Shown: positions 1 through 25,879 of the stretch, piece by piece
How the letters are laid out: every line of letters starts with the position of its first letter
How positions within the stretch are numbered: position 1 is the stretch's first letter
Assembly: GCF_036321535.1 (NCBI RefSeq)
Contig: NC_087462.1
Coordinates: 6,138,001 to 6,202,000 of the forward strand
DNA length: 64,000 nt
DNA from: Camelus dromedarius
Lineage: Eukaryota
Direction of reading: 5' to 3'
Position numbers and translations under genes: made by a program
The notes under the pieces: generated by a model
What the model was told of the DNA's origin: nothing
Databases searched by the model: none
What the model saw: the letters and a program-made list of their open reading frames with translations, nothing else

Positions 1-140
1 GTTGCCTCTACCTCTCAGCTATCATGAATAAAGCTGCTGTGAATACAACTGTGCAAATCTCTCTTTGAGTCCCTGCTTTCTTTGTGTATACATGAAGAAG
101 TGCAATTGCTGGATTATATGGTGATTCTTTTTGAGGAACC
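1..140 (-). mobile_element. L1 ORF2 3'-region fragment
   Basis: TGAATAAAGCTGCTGTGAA...TGCAATTGCTGGATTATATGG matches the antisense L1 3' region. Confidence 0.65.
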
Positions 141-1104
141 ACTAACCGATAAGCATGTTTTGATCTCAGAAATGAGTTGGATATCAGGGGCCCGGAAGTG
201 GAGTGGAGACTTGTCCTCAAAACCATTTTGTGCCTTTTTGATTTGGAACCACATGACTGAATGACTTATTTAAAAATAAATCATCAAAAAAAACATTAAA
301 AAGAAAAGAATGGTGGGATAAGGTTGTTTCTTAGAGCCACTGAAACCGCAAAATTGGAAATCACGTGATTGTCCAGCCATGGAAGATAAGACAAAGAAAT
401 TCTAGCCTATTAATGTGTACAATGCTGCACAATAGAGTAGTGAAAACAAGTGGAGTGACTCACATCCGTAGAGATGAAATTCATAAACACGTGCTCGTTT
501 GTGAATTGGAAATTCATAAACACAAGCACAGATAAAGTAAGCAAGTCATAGGGGCCAGCAGATGGATAGGAATTACAAGTTCAAGGACAGCCTTCCCCTC
601 CGAGACTTAACCTGGCTGTTCCCCCTGACTGGTCCATCTTTCCCCTGACATCCATGTGGCTCCACCTCGGCTCCCACAAGGTCAGATAGGTGGTCCCAGG
701 CCACGCGATCTCCAATGACATCAGCTCCCTGCTTTGCTTCTTCTATATCGTGTCACCATCTGCTACACCATGTATTTGTCCTTGTTTATCCTTGGTCTTG
801 GCTGTCTTCCCATCTAGACTGTCACACCATAAGTGCAGGGAATTTTATCTGTTCTCTTCCCTCCTGTGTCTCCCTGGTGGGTGGGGGTGGGGGCCTAGAA
901 CAGGGCCGAGCACACAGTAGGTGCTCAAGAGATGTGTATCCTCATTGCTGTAGGGGCTGAAAGGGACAACAGCCACTTTCCTCTGAGGATGAAAATGAGG
1001 AGTGGAACTCTGAGATTCTCCACGGTATTTATTTTTATTTAAAAAAATTTTTTTCACAATTCTTTTTGCACTTTGTTTGTTTTGGGCGGGGGGAGCAAAT
1101 TAGA

Positions 1105-1203
1105 TTTGTTTGTTTCTTTATTTTTAATGGAAGTCCTGGGGACTGAACCCAGGATCTCGTGCACGCTAAGCACACGCTCTACCACTGAGCCATACCCATC
1201 CCT
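1105..1203 (-). mobile_element. tRNA-Ala-derived SINE (Vic-1-like)
   Basis: Reverse complement gives TATGGCTCAGTGGTAGAGCGTGTGCTTAGCGTGCACGAGATCCTGGGTTCAGTCCCCAG plus an A-rich tail (A and B boxes). Confidence 0.85.
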
Positions 1204-1271
1204 CTCTCTGGTATTTATGCTGTTTATTTTTCTACCTGAGTGGACGGCACACAGACAATTTCTTTTTTTTT

Positions 1272-2100
1272 AGATTTTTAAAAAACTGAGAAATAACTGA
1301 CATATAGCAATATATTAGTTTCAGGTACAACATACCAATTTGCTAGTTGCGTACATCGTGAAATGATCACCACCTTAAGTCCAGTTAACATCCATCACCC
1401 TCCAGAGTTACAGACTTTTTTTTTCTCGTTATGAGAACTTTTAAGATCTCTCGTTTTAGCAACTTTCAAACATACAATACGGTATTGTTAGTCACCATGC
1501 TATCCACCTCATCCCTGGGACTTATTTATTTTATAACTGGAAGTTTGTACCTTCTGACCACCTTCATCCATTTCACCAGCCTCTCTTCCCCCTGATTTTT
1601 CAAAAATTATGGTAAAATATAGATAAGGTAAAATGTCACATTTTAACCTTTTTTTTTAAAGAGTAAAAGCAGATTTATTCGGGGAGATACACACTCCTAG
1701 ACAGAGCGTAGGCCGTCTCAGACGGCAAGAGAGCCCATTTTAACAATTTCTAAATTTAAAGTTTATAGGATTAAGTACATTCACATTGTTCTGCGATCAT
1801 CACACCACCCATCTCCAGAACTTCTCATCTTCCTAAACAGAAACTCTGTCCCTGTTCAACACCAGCTCCCCATTCCCCCTCCCCCAGCCCCTGGCACTCA
1901 CCATTCCACTTTCTGTCTCCAAGAATTTGACTCCTCTAGGGACCACCTATAAAGTGAAATCATAAAATATTTGTCTTGTGTCTGGCTTCTTGCACTCAAC
2001 AAAATGTTTTCTAGGTACATTTTGTTTGTTCATTCACCAACTTGAGTTGTTTCCCATGACTACTTATGAGAATTTTTTAAGGGCCATGTGTTCACACACA
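1272..2100 (-). mobile_element. Two adjacent L1 3'-end fragments (L1MA/L1MB-like)
   Basis: Typical antisense L1 3'UTR text (AATGATCACCAC, TTATAACTGGAAGTTTGTACC, CATCTCCAGAACTT, GTGAAATCATAAAATATTTGTC). Subfamily not verified. Confidence 0.75.
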
Positions 2101-3295
2101 AGGGTGTGGAACTTCCTTGGAAGGATTCCCAGCGGACCTCATGGCTGCTTTGGGGAAGGGGCTGACAGTTCCCTGAACTCTCCTATTCAAAAGGACACAA
2201 AAAGATTTTGTTTTTTTTAATTTTTCAGCCCTTGGCTTTTCCCTGGTCTGGTGGGAGCTCTAGGGAGGCTGGTCCCTGCAGGCCTCTCAGAGACTGGGGA
2301 TTTCCCCAATTCTCACTTCCTCCTGATAACCCACTAGGGCAGGATGGCCTGTTGTTCCAATTTGCCCAGGACTATTCCAATTTTAACCTGGAAAGTCCCT
2401 TGTCTGGGAACCCCCACTCAGTCCTAGGCAAACCCCTATGGTTGGTGGGGTAACCTGGAGCCATCCTGCTGGGACTGGACCCCATCTGTGATGTAGGCAT
2501 TCGGGGTGGAGGCCTCAGGCCTGAGAGGAGACACATGAGACTTCCCAGTGGCCTCTGTGGCCTCTTCTTTCTTCAGCTGTCAAGTTGGGTGCTGGTCCCA
2601 CTCTAAAAGAGCCTGACAGGGCTCAGAGAATTCTGAGCACCCAGCTCTGCGCCCAGCCAGCATCCAGGCTGGGAAAATGACAGCTATTATTAGAATTTAT
2701 TATGATGACTGGGTTTATTACCACTATTGTTGTTATTAATCACCCCACCTGACATTTCCTATTGGTCCCTCCTGGGTCACAGGCCCACCCCGCCCCCGGT
2801 GGTCCAGCCTCCAGGCCCAGCAGAGGCCACCCCACCTCACCCAGGCTGGCTGTTGAAGAATCCGACACACTTGGTTTCCTGCTGCTACAGATCTAGTGGC
2901 AAAGAGGAAGCTGAGGCCGGAAGACTGTGGCCAGCCCTTCTGCAGCGGGGCAGGACAGTAGCCCAGGCCCAGACGTCTCCCCAGATCATTCCCTCCATTC
3001 TTGGCACCAGTTCCAGGCACTGGAGACACAGTGGAGAACCAGACAGACCCTGCCCTTGAGGAGCTGACATTCTAGAATAGATGTCAAACATTAAAATCAG
3101 TGCTCAAAGAAACTTCCAGGAAAATGTCAGATGATCACAATGGCTGTTAAGAAAAATACAGCGGGCAAAGGGGACAGAGAGAGGGATTTGCTGATTCAGA
3201 GCAAGGAGTTTCTGGGGAGTGGTGAGGCTTTTTTTCTTGGCCTGGGTATTTTGTTTCTTTTATTGTTGTTCTTTCTTTAAAACTGGGCCCACAGG

Positions 3296-3385
3296 GCAGG
3301 GTAATAGCTCAGTGGTGGAGTGCATGATTAGCATGCACGAGGTCCTGGGTTCAATCCCAGTAACTCCACTAAAAAAAGAAAAGAA
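3296..3385 (+). mobile_element. Vic-1-like SINE with perfect 17-bp target-site duplication
   Basis: A/B boxes and A tail; AAAACTGGGCCCACAGG at 3279-3295 and 3386-3402. Confidence 0.92.
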
Positions 3386-3448
3386 AAAACTGGGCCCACA
3401 GGTAAAGCTTGTGAAAGTTTTCTTTAAGGTATGGTAAACCTCAACACT

Positions 3449-4339
3449 TGTGACATTCAATGAATGAGTTTTCCACACCAAGCAATTCTCTCTTTTTCAG
3501 TGGACACCAACTGGGAATCTTATGGTTCAGTTCAGTTTTGACACTACCTGGAGGTGGCACAAGACCCCACAGGTTAAGGGCTCAGTCCCACAAGACTGCC
3601 TCCCACTTCAGGCATCAATCTTCACCTGTACTTCAGATCAAATAACTGTAATAAGGGGATTCCCAATACCCCCTTCTCAGGTTCAATAATTTGCCATAAA
3701 GGCTCATAAAACCTAGAGAAAACTTTACTTTGGTTTACTGGTTTTTTATAAAGGAGACAGATGAACAGCCAGATGAAGAGGTACATAGGGCGAGGTCTGA
3801 AGGATCTGAGTGCAGGAGTTCTGACCCCGTGAAATGGGAGTGCGCCACCCTCCCAGCACAGAGATGTATTTACCAATTCAAAAGCTCTCCAAGTCGCGTT
3901 GTCTGGGGATTCTAAGCAGGCACAGTGGCACAATTGATTAAATCATTAACCACTGGTGACTGAACTCAATCTCTTGCCCATCTCCCCTCCCCAGATATCA
4001 GGGATGGAGGCTGAAATATTTAACCAACCACCCTAATCACATGGTTGGTTCCTCGGACAACCAGCTTCCAGCTTTCAACAGTCACCTCATGTGCCTAAAC
4101 TCAGGCACGGTTGAACAGGCTTATGATGGAAAACCAAAGATGTTCCTTTCACCTTCATTACTGTGGAAATTCTAGGGGTTTTAGGAGTTCTGAGCCAGGA
4201 ACTGGGGGCTAATGACAAATACTGTAACATGCCAACATCATCTCTTTCATGCAGGAAGTTTCAGGAGTTTTCAAAGCTCTGTGCCAGCAATTGGGGGTGA
4301 AGATCAAATCTCTATTTCTTGTTGTAGCACAATGTCGCA
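3449..4339. mobile_element. Solo ERV LTR, MER21-like
   Basis: TG...CA ends, about 890 bp, with GGACACCAACTGGG, TTAAGGGCTCAGTCCCACAAGACTGCC and CAACCAGC motifs typical of MER21. Family assigned from memory. Confidence 0.7.
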
Positions 4340-5275
4340 CATGGGAGTATTCAGGAGTATTTAGACAAGAGTATTTATGGGTTCAAAATTCTCAGGCTCG
4401 TCTGTGTCTGCTCAATATCCCCATTCCAAACTTCAGGGACCCACTCTTCCCCCTATCAGTGCCCTTATAACATAAGAGACCCTTAGGACTGTGCATTTAA
4501 ATGCTTTTTATAATTCTATAACCCATACAATCAGGCTCCGGGTCTGAACACTAACATCTATAAAAGAGAAGAGATTGTGTTCAGATGTTCACAGATGTCC
4601 TCTGGGTGATGCAGGGAAGACAGATAGCGGGGTGGGGGTGGGCGCAGGCAAGGACAGGAGCCTCGGACCAGGATAAAAGCAACTTGCACTGGTTCCAGCA
4701 AGTGATGATGAGGGCTTGTCCAGGAGGCTGAGAAGCAGTTATGCTTCATGAACCAGAGGTGGGTGTGAGAAGAAACGGGGGTATCAAGATTTCTTTCCTG
4801 AGATTTTCTGAAATTTCTTTCCCTTGAGCTAACCAATATTTCCATATTTCTCTTGAGTCCTTCCATAGGTGGGCTGAGCAGGCACAAGGAAATATAATAC
4901 ATTCTTTTAATTCCTCTCTCTTATGAAATATAGAGATACTCTGAAGATGTCTTCATAGCAGTACAGAGCCTCTCTCTCTTTTTTCCCCCCAGTTGCAAAT
5001 TATTCCCTTGTCAGGATGAATCACCATTCATTCCCCAATCCCCAAGCTCCCAGCACTCACTACCCTTTAGGTGCCAAGCTAAATCTCAATCTACAAATTT
5101 AAGCTGAATCTCCACAGCTGTCCTGTGAATAAGAGTCTGGTTTTCCCCACATTTTCTCAGACTCAGAGATGAATAGCCACCGTGCCCTTGACCCTGGCAG
5201 TTATAGCTCCAACTCCAGAAATAGACTTGGCTCTGCCCTTTTGTGTTTTGTGACCTGGGAAAGTTACTCAACGTC

Positions 5276-5690
5276 TGTTAAAGAAAAAAAAATTATTCTG
5301 GCACTTGTCAAAACGGTATGGAAGACTTTATGCAGGACTATTGCAGTAAGGGTGCTTGTAAAAGGGGAGAGAGTTGGGCTCAACCCTGAATACAACAAAG
5401 ACAGCTGGGGATAGCTGGCCAAATCACAAGAGTCAGGGGGTCCATGGAGATATATCAAGGGGAGGGAGAGCCTTGCTAAACTGACTTAACAGGATTCTTG
5501 CTAAAGAGAGGCCAAGGATTTATATATTAATGTTATCCATCAGATAACAAGAGTTGGGGGATGACTCAGGATTCTTTGCTCAGACTGGACTGTGCAGACC
5601 AAAGACAGGACTGGGGCGGGGGTTAAGGGGTAGTTGAGAATAGGGCTCAGAGGACTAAAGTTTGGTTAAGGAGAGTCTTTGTCATCTCTC
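5276..5690. mobile_element. ERV1 LTR fragment, MER31-like
   Basis: TGTTAAAGAAAAAA...TTGGGCTCAAC...GCTAAACTGACTTAACAGGATTCTTGCTAAA. Family assigned from memory. Confidence 0.6.
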
Positions 5691-5737
5691 TGTACTTCAG
5701 TTTCTTTCTCTGGGAATTGAGAATAGGAGCCCCGGCG

Positions 5738-5860
5738 GGTGGGGTTGGGAACAGTTCAGTGACAGAGTGAATGGTTAGCATGCACGAGGTCCTGGGTTCA
5801 ATCTCCAGTACCCCCATTAAAAAACAAACAAACAAACAAACAAACAAAAACCAAACAAAA
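5738..5860 (+). mobile_element. Vic-1-like SINE with (CAAA)n tail
   Basis: TTAGCATGCACGAGGTCCTGGGTTCAATCTCCAG followed by CAAA repeats. Confidence 0.85.
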
Positions 5861-6179
5861 AACCAAGAGAACTATTGCTGGAATCAAATGAGATAATTCC
5901 TGCAATACGCTCAGCGCATAGCCTTCTCAGTAAATCGCAGCGACTTGCTGTGTAGGGATCAGAACTCGGATCAGGTAGGACGTCCAAGCTGCTACCTTGA
6001 GAGCAAGGGGGCCTGATAGGACAGGGCTACAGGTGATCAGGAGAGGGATGTGAGCAAGTGGGCTGGAAATGCCTCCCGGAGGAAAGCGGGGTCTCAACCA
6101 AGGAAGCAGGGCTGGCCAGGCAGACAGGGAAGACAGGCAGGAAGGAATGTAGAGCCATATAGCAGGAGGGTTGGAGGAC

Positions 6180-6661
6180 TGAATGACGGCCGGCTGCAGC
6201 CTTGATCGCCGAGATGAGTACCCTGGGCTTGCACGAGAGTCAGGTCCGGAAACCTGACTTGGGTCCTCCGACCGCATGGGTTATTGAAGTCGCTGCGCGG
6301 CAGGAAGACCACACTCTCCCGCCCCTGGGCTGAGCGAAAACTGAAGCTGGAACCAATAGGAGAGCCGCCGCTGCAGCGAAAGGGCGGAGCAGGACAGCAG
6401 CCAATGAGTGTGCTCTTTTCAGGCGGCCAATAGGAGACGGTGTCCCAGCGGCGATCAGGCGGCGGCAGCCGCAGGGTGGTGGGGCGGGGTCCCGGGTTCC
6501 AGCCAGAGTTCCTGCGAAAGGGTGAGTCTGGAGGGGATCGCGAGGGGCCGCGCCTGGAAGGTCGCCAGGGAGGATGCGGCCGGCGGGAGGCTCGGGACAG
6601 GCTGCCGGTAGCAGGAGGTGGGTAGAAGCGCCCACATTGCCTTGGGACTAGTTGATGCCCG
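6180..6661 (+). promoter_or_regulatory. TYK2: TYK2 CpG-island promoter and non-coding exon 1
   Basis: CpG-dense. CCAAT boxes at 6353, 6401 and 6427; GC box GGGCGGAG at 6382. Candidate donors AAGG|GTGAGT (GT at 6522) and CCCG|GTGGGT (GT at 6662). Resembles the recalled human TYK2 exon 1. TSS position is approximate. Confidence 0.8.
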
Positions 6662-7301
6662 GTGGGTGCACGTCGCGGTTCCTTCCCCTGCCAGAGGGGC
6701 TTGCAAGAGGGGTTTGGAGGTTTCAGTGTGTGTGGGATGCGGACCTCACCCAGACCCCATCTTCCAAGCTGGGTCTGGACCCAGGGGGAACTAGGAAGAA
6801 GGAGATGGGCACCCCAAAAGCCCCATCCCCACGATCTTATCTAGAGCGTTAGTAAGATAATAATAGTGATTTTAGCTTATTGCATGCCAGGGCCGGGCCC
6901 TTTCCCTGCCTCATCTCATTGAATCCTCCCAGCAACCCTTTGAGATAGTGACTATTACGTGCCCATTTTCCAAATGAGGAAACAGGCTGAGAGAAGTTGC
7001 TTCCTGACGAATCCGACATTGCGCTATTAAAACATTCTCTTTTCTGCGTCACTGTTTTAAATCAGTAATATCCGTGGAATCGTTGACAGACCCTCCCGGG
7101 AGATACTGGGGACCTCAGGAAGCCTGGCCCTTTGAAAGAGAAAAATCATTGTGATGATAAAGCCAATAATAAGGACTTCATTCTTGCTCTTCTCCGATGT
7201 TATTTTTTCATGCCTATTATCAAGGTGCTGACCGTATAACATGCAAAACTGTGTTGAACCATCACAACCTAATTCATTCTAGTTTAAAAAAAAGAATGTA
7301 G

Positions 7302-7391
7302 GGAGAGGGAAATGGTTGGGTGGGTGGTAGAGTTTATGCTTAGCATGTACAAGGTCCTAGTTCAATCCCAAAGAACCTCTGTTAAAAAAAA
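7302..7391 (+). mobile_element. Vic-1-like SINE (diverged) with TSD
   Basis: AAAAGAATGTAG at 7290-7301 and 7392-7403. Confidence 0.85.
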
Positions 7392-7563
7392 AAAAGAATG
7401 TAGAAAAAAATTCATAACTACAATAATCTGTTTTAGTTACACGATATAAAAAACATGTAAATTATAATAACAGCAGTAATCAAAATTTGAGGTGGAGGAA
7501 AATTAAAAAGTGTAAAGTTTCCAAATTCTTTTGAAGTGAAGCTGTTATCAGCTTAAAATAGGG

Positions 7564-7631
7564 TGTTATAAGTGTAAGGTATTTTATGAGAATTTATGTA
7601 ATTTCTCATAAAATACCTTACACTTATAACA
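7564..7631. repeat. Perfect 29-bp inverted repeat with 10-nt spacer
   Basis: TGTTATAAGTGTAAGGTATTTTATGAGAA (7564-7592) is the exact reverse complement of 7603-7631. Confidence 0.97.
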
Positions 7632-7839
7632 TTAAACTTAGGGTAACCACGAGGGGAAAATCCTGTAGTAATTACATCAAAACACAAAGACAGACAGCAG
7701 AATAGGAAACGAGGAACAACGGATCTGCAAAACAACCAGAAAACAACAAAATGGCAATGGTAAGTCCTTACCTGTCTGCAATATGGTAACAGTGGTGCAT
7801 AATTCACTCACAGCTTTAGTTTAAAAGTTAAAAAAAGGT

Positions 7840-7937
7840 GGAGGAGGGAGGGGAGGGTATAGCTCAGTGATAGAGCATGCACTTAGCATGCGGGAGGTCC
7901 TTGGTTCAATTCCTAATACCTCCATTTAAAAAAAAAA
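7840..7937 (+). mobile_element. Vic-1-like SINE
   Basis: GGGTATAGCTCAGTGATAGAGCATGCACTTAGCATG...GGTTCAATTCC; AAAAAAAGGT on both flanks. Confidence 0.85.
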
Positions 7938-8407
7938 GGTAGAAACTTCACAATCATCTCTTCAGGGCAACACTCTCAGCATCTCCATATCTCCATTTTC
8001 CAGATGGGGAAACTGAGGCCCAGCATGGCTAAATGACTTGCCTGAGTTGACACAGGATTCACCTTCCAGGTCTGTCTGACCACACCTGTCTGCCTGGTTA
8101 TTTTGGAAAGGTGGGTTCAGAGCAGATTTTTGTATCGGTGAATTTGTCCAGGAAAGAGGTTTGGGAGTATTATTGTTCATGACAGCTCTAATAGGTGGGG
8201 ACACACCCCATCTCCAACAAGCAGATGTGGAAACTGAGGCTCAGGGAGGGGAATTGGGTGCCTAAGTTTGCACAGCAAAGAGGGTCCAGAATCTTCGGGC
8301 CTCAAGTCTGGATGGTTGCAAGGTTGAGATGCTAAAAGAGGGGCCTCCAGGCTGAGACCTAGGGGCTGATAGAATGTTTCTTCCCAGCCCAGCCAGCTGT
8401 CAAGAGC

Positions 8408-24639
<16,232 letters not shown>

Positions 24640-24808
24640 AGCCCACCAGCAGCTCTGCTTGGGGGAGATTGGAGCAGGCAGGACCCACAGAGAGGGCCTC
24701 CCGCTCACTCCCTGCCCCAAGGAGAGCTCACAAGTGGGAGGTCAGCTTCACCGACTTCCTGTGCTGTGCTCCTGTCCGGAGAACACATCTCTGTGAACTG
24801 ACTTCCCT

Positions 24809-25159
24809 TGCCTTAGTCTCTTTGGGCTGCTAGAACGAGATACCACAGACTGTGTGGCTTATAAATGACAAAAATGTATTTCTCACAGTTCCAGAGTCTG
24901 GGAAGTCCAAGATCAAGGCATCAGCCTAGTCAGGTCTTGGCGAAGGCCCTCTTCCTGGTTCATAGCCTGTGCCTTCTCACTATGTCCTCCCAAGGTGGAA
25001 GAGGACAAAGGATCTTTCTGGAGCCTCTTTTATAAGGGCACTAATTGCTTTAGTGAGGGCCCCATCCTCATGACCTATGCAGCTCCTAATACCATCACAT
25101 TGGGCATTAGGATTCCAACATATGACTCTTGAGGGGACACAGACATTCAAACCATAAAA
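24809..25159. mobile_element. MaLR solo LTR (MLT1/MST-like) in the TYK2 3'UTR region
   Basis: Same diagnostic motifs as the 16171 copy, 170 nt after the TYK2 stop. Confidence 0.85.
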
Positions 25160-25879
25160 CCTTCCAAGGTAATGAGCCTGACCCAGGCTCCTGAGGGACC
25201 CAGGACAACAGGGAGCTAACCAGGCCCTTGAATCTGATCTTTCTGCCGTCCTCCAGCACCCGCCCTTGGAGCCCACTATCTCCCCTAGCTAGTAATAGAC
25301 TCATATTTCCTCTGCTAGAGGCATGGTCCCTGGGCTCCTCTTCAGCAGAGTCTGCTCTCCTGGGGACTGCAGCTAGGGCAAGACACTCACTGCAGAAGCC
25401 AGATTCAGCTATTCAACCTTTGCTCACCTATGAATCACCAGCCAGCAATTAAACCAGTGCCTGGAACACAGAAGGCCCTCAATCTGTATGTTAAATATGT
25501 CAGCAAAGGTCCCCTAAGGGGGACCACATGCCACGTAGATAAGATTGCCAGTTTCACCCTTTTCTCACTGTGTGACCTCAGGCAAGTGGCTTCCCTTCTC
25601 TGGGCCTTAGCTCTCAACTATGAACTGGGGATGGGCGTGCTTGCTACCTTGTAGGACTAATGTAAAGAGCTAATGAGGTCATGTTTGTCAAATGCTTATC
25701 AGAAAGATATACAAACAAGTGCTTAATAAACATTTGATAGTATTGTTAATCTAGTGTTTGCCAACATGTTTCTATGGAACAGGTTAATTTGAGACGGGTC
25801 AGCCACGTTGTGAAAGACATTTAAATTTCTTCCCCATTTCTCAAGACCTTGTGCGTCTCAGCTCTCTTGACTGGACAGT

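Larger units (their letters stand above)
7270..7830 (+). mobile_element. L1 inter-ORF/ORF2-start fragment interrupted by a SINE
   Basis: GGGTAACCAC...CAAAACAACCAGAAAACAAC AAAATGGCAATGGTAAGTCCTTACCT resembles the L1 ORF1-ORF2 junction. Confidence 0.7.

Noticed and set aside
3114-3122. Isolated GAS motifs TTCCAGGAA (also at 30080 and near 57940)
   Set aside because: Single 9-mers occur at about chance frequency in 64 kb, without clustering.
3296-3370. tRNA-Ala(AGC)-like sequences here and at eight other sites
   Set aside because: A-rich tails, TSDs and broken stems identify them as SINEs, not tRNA genes.
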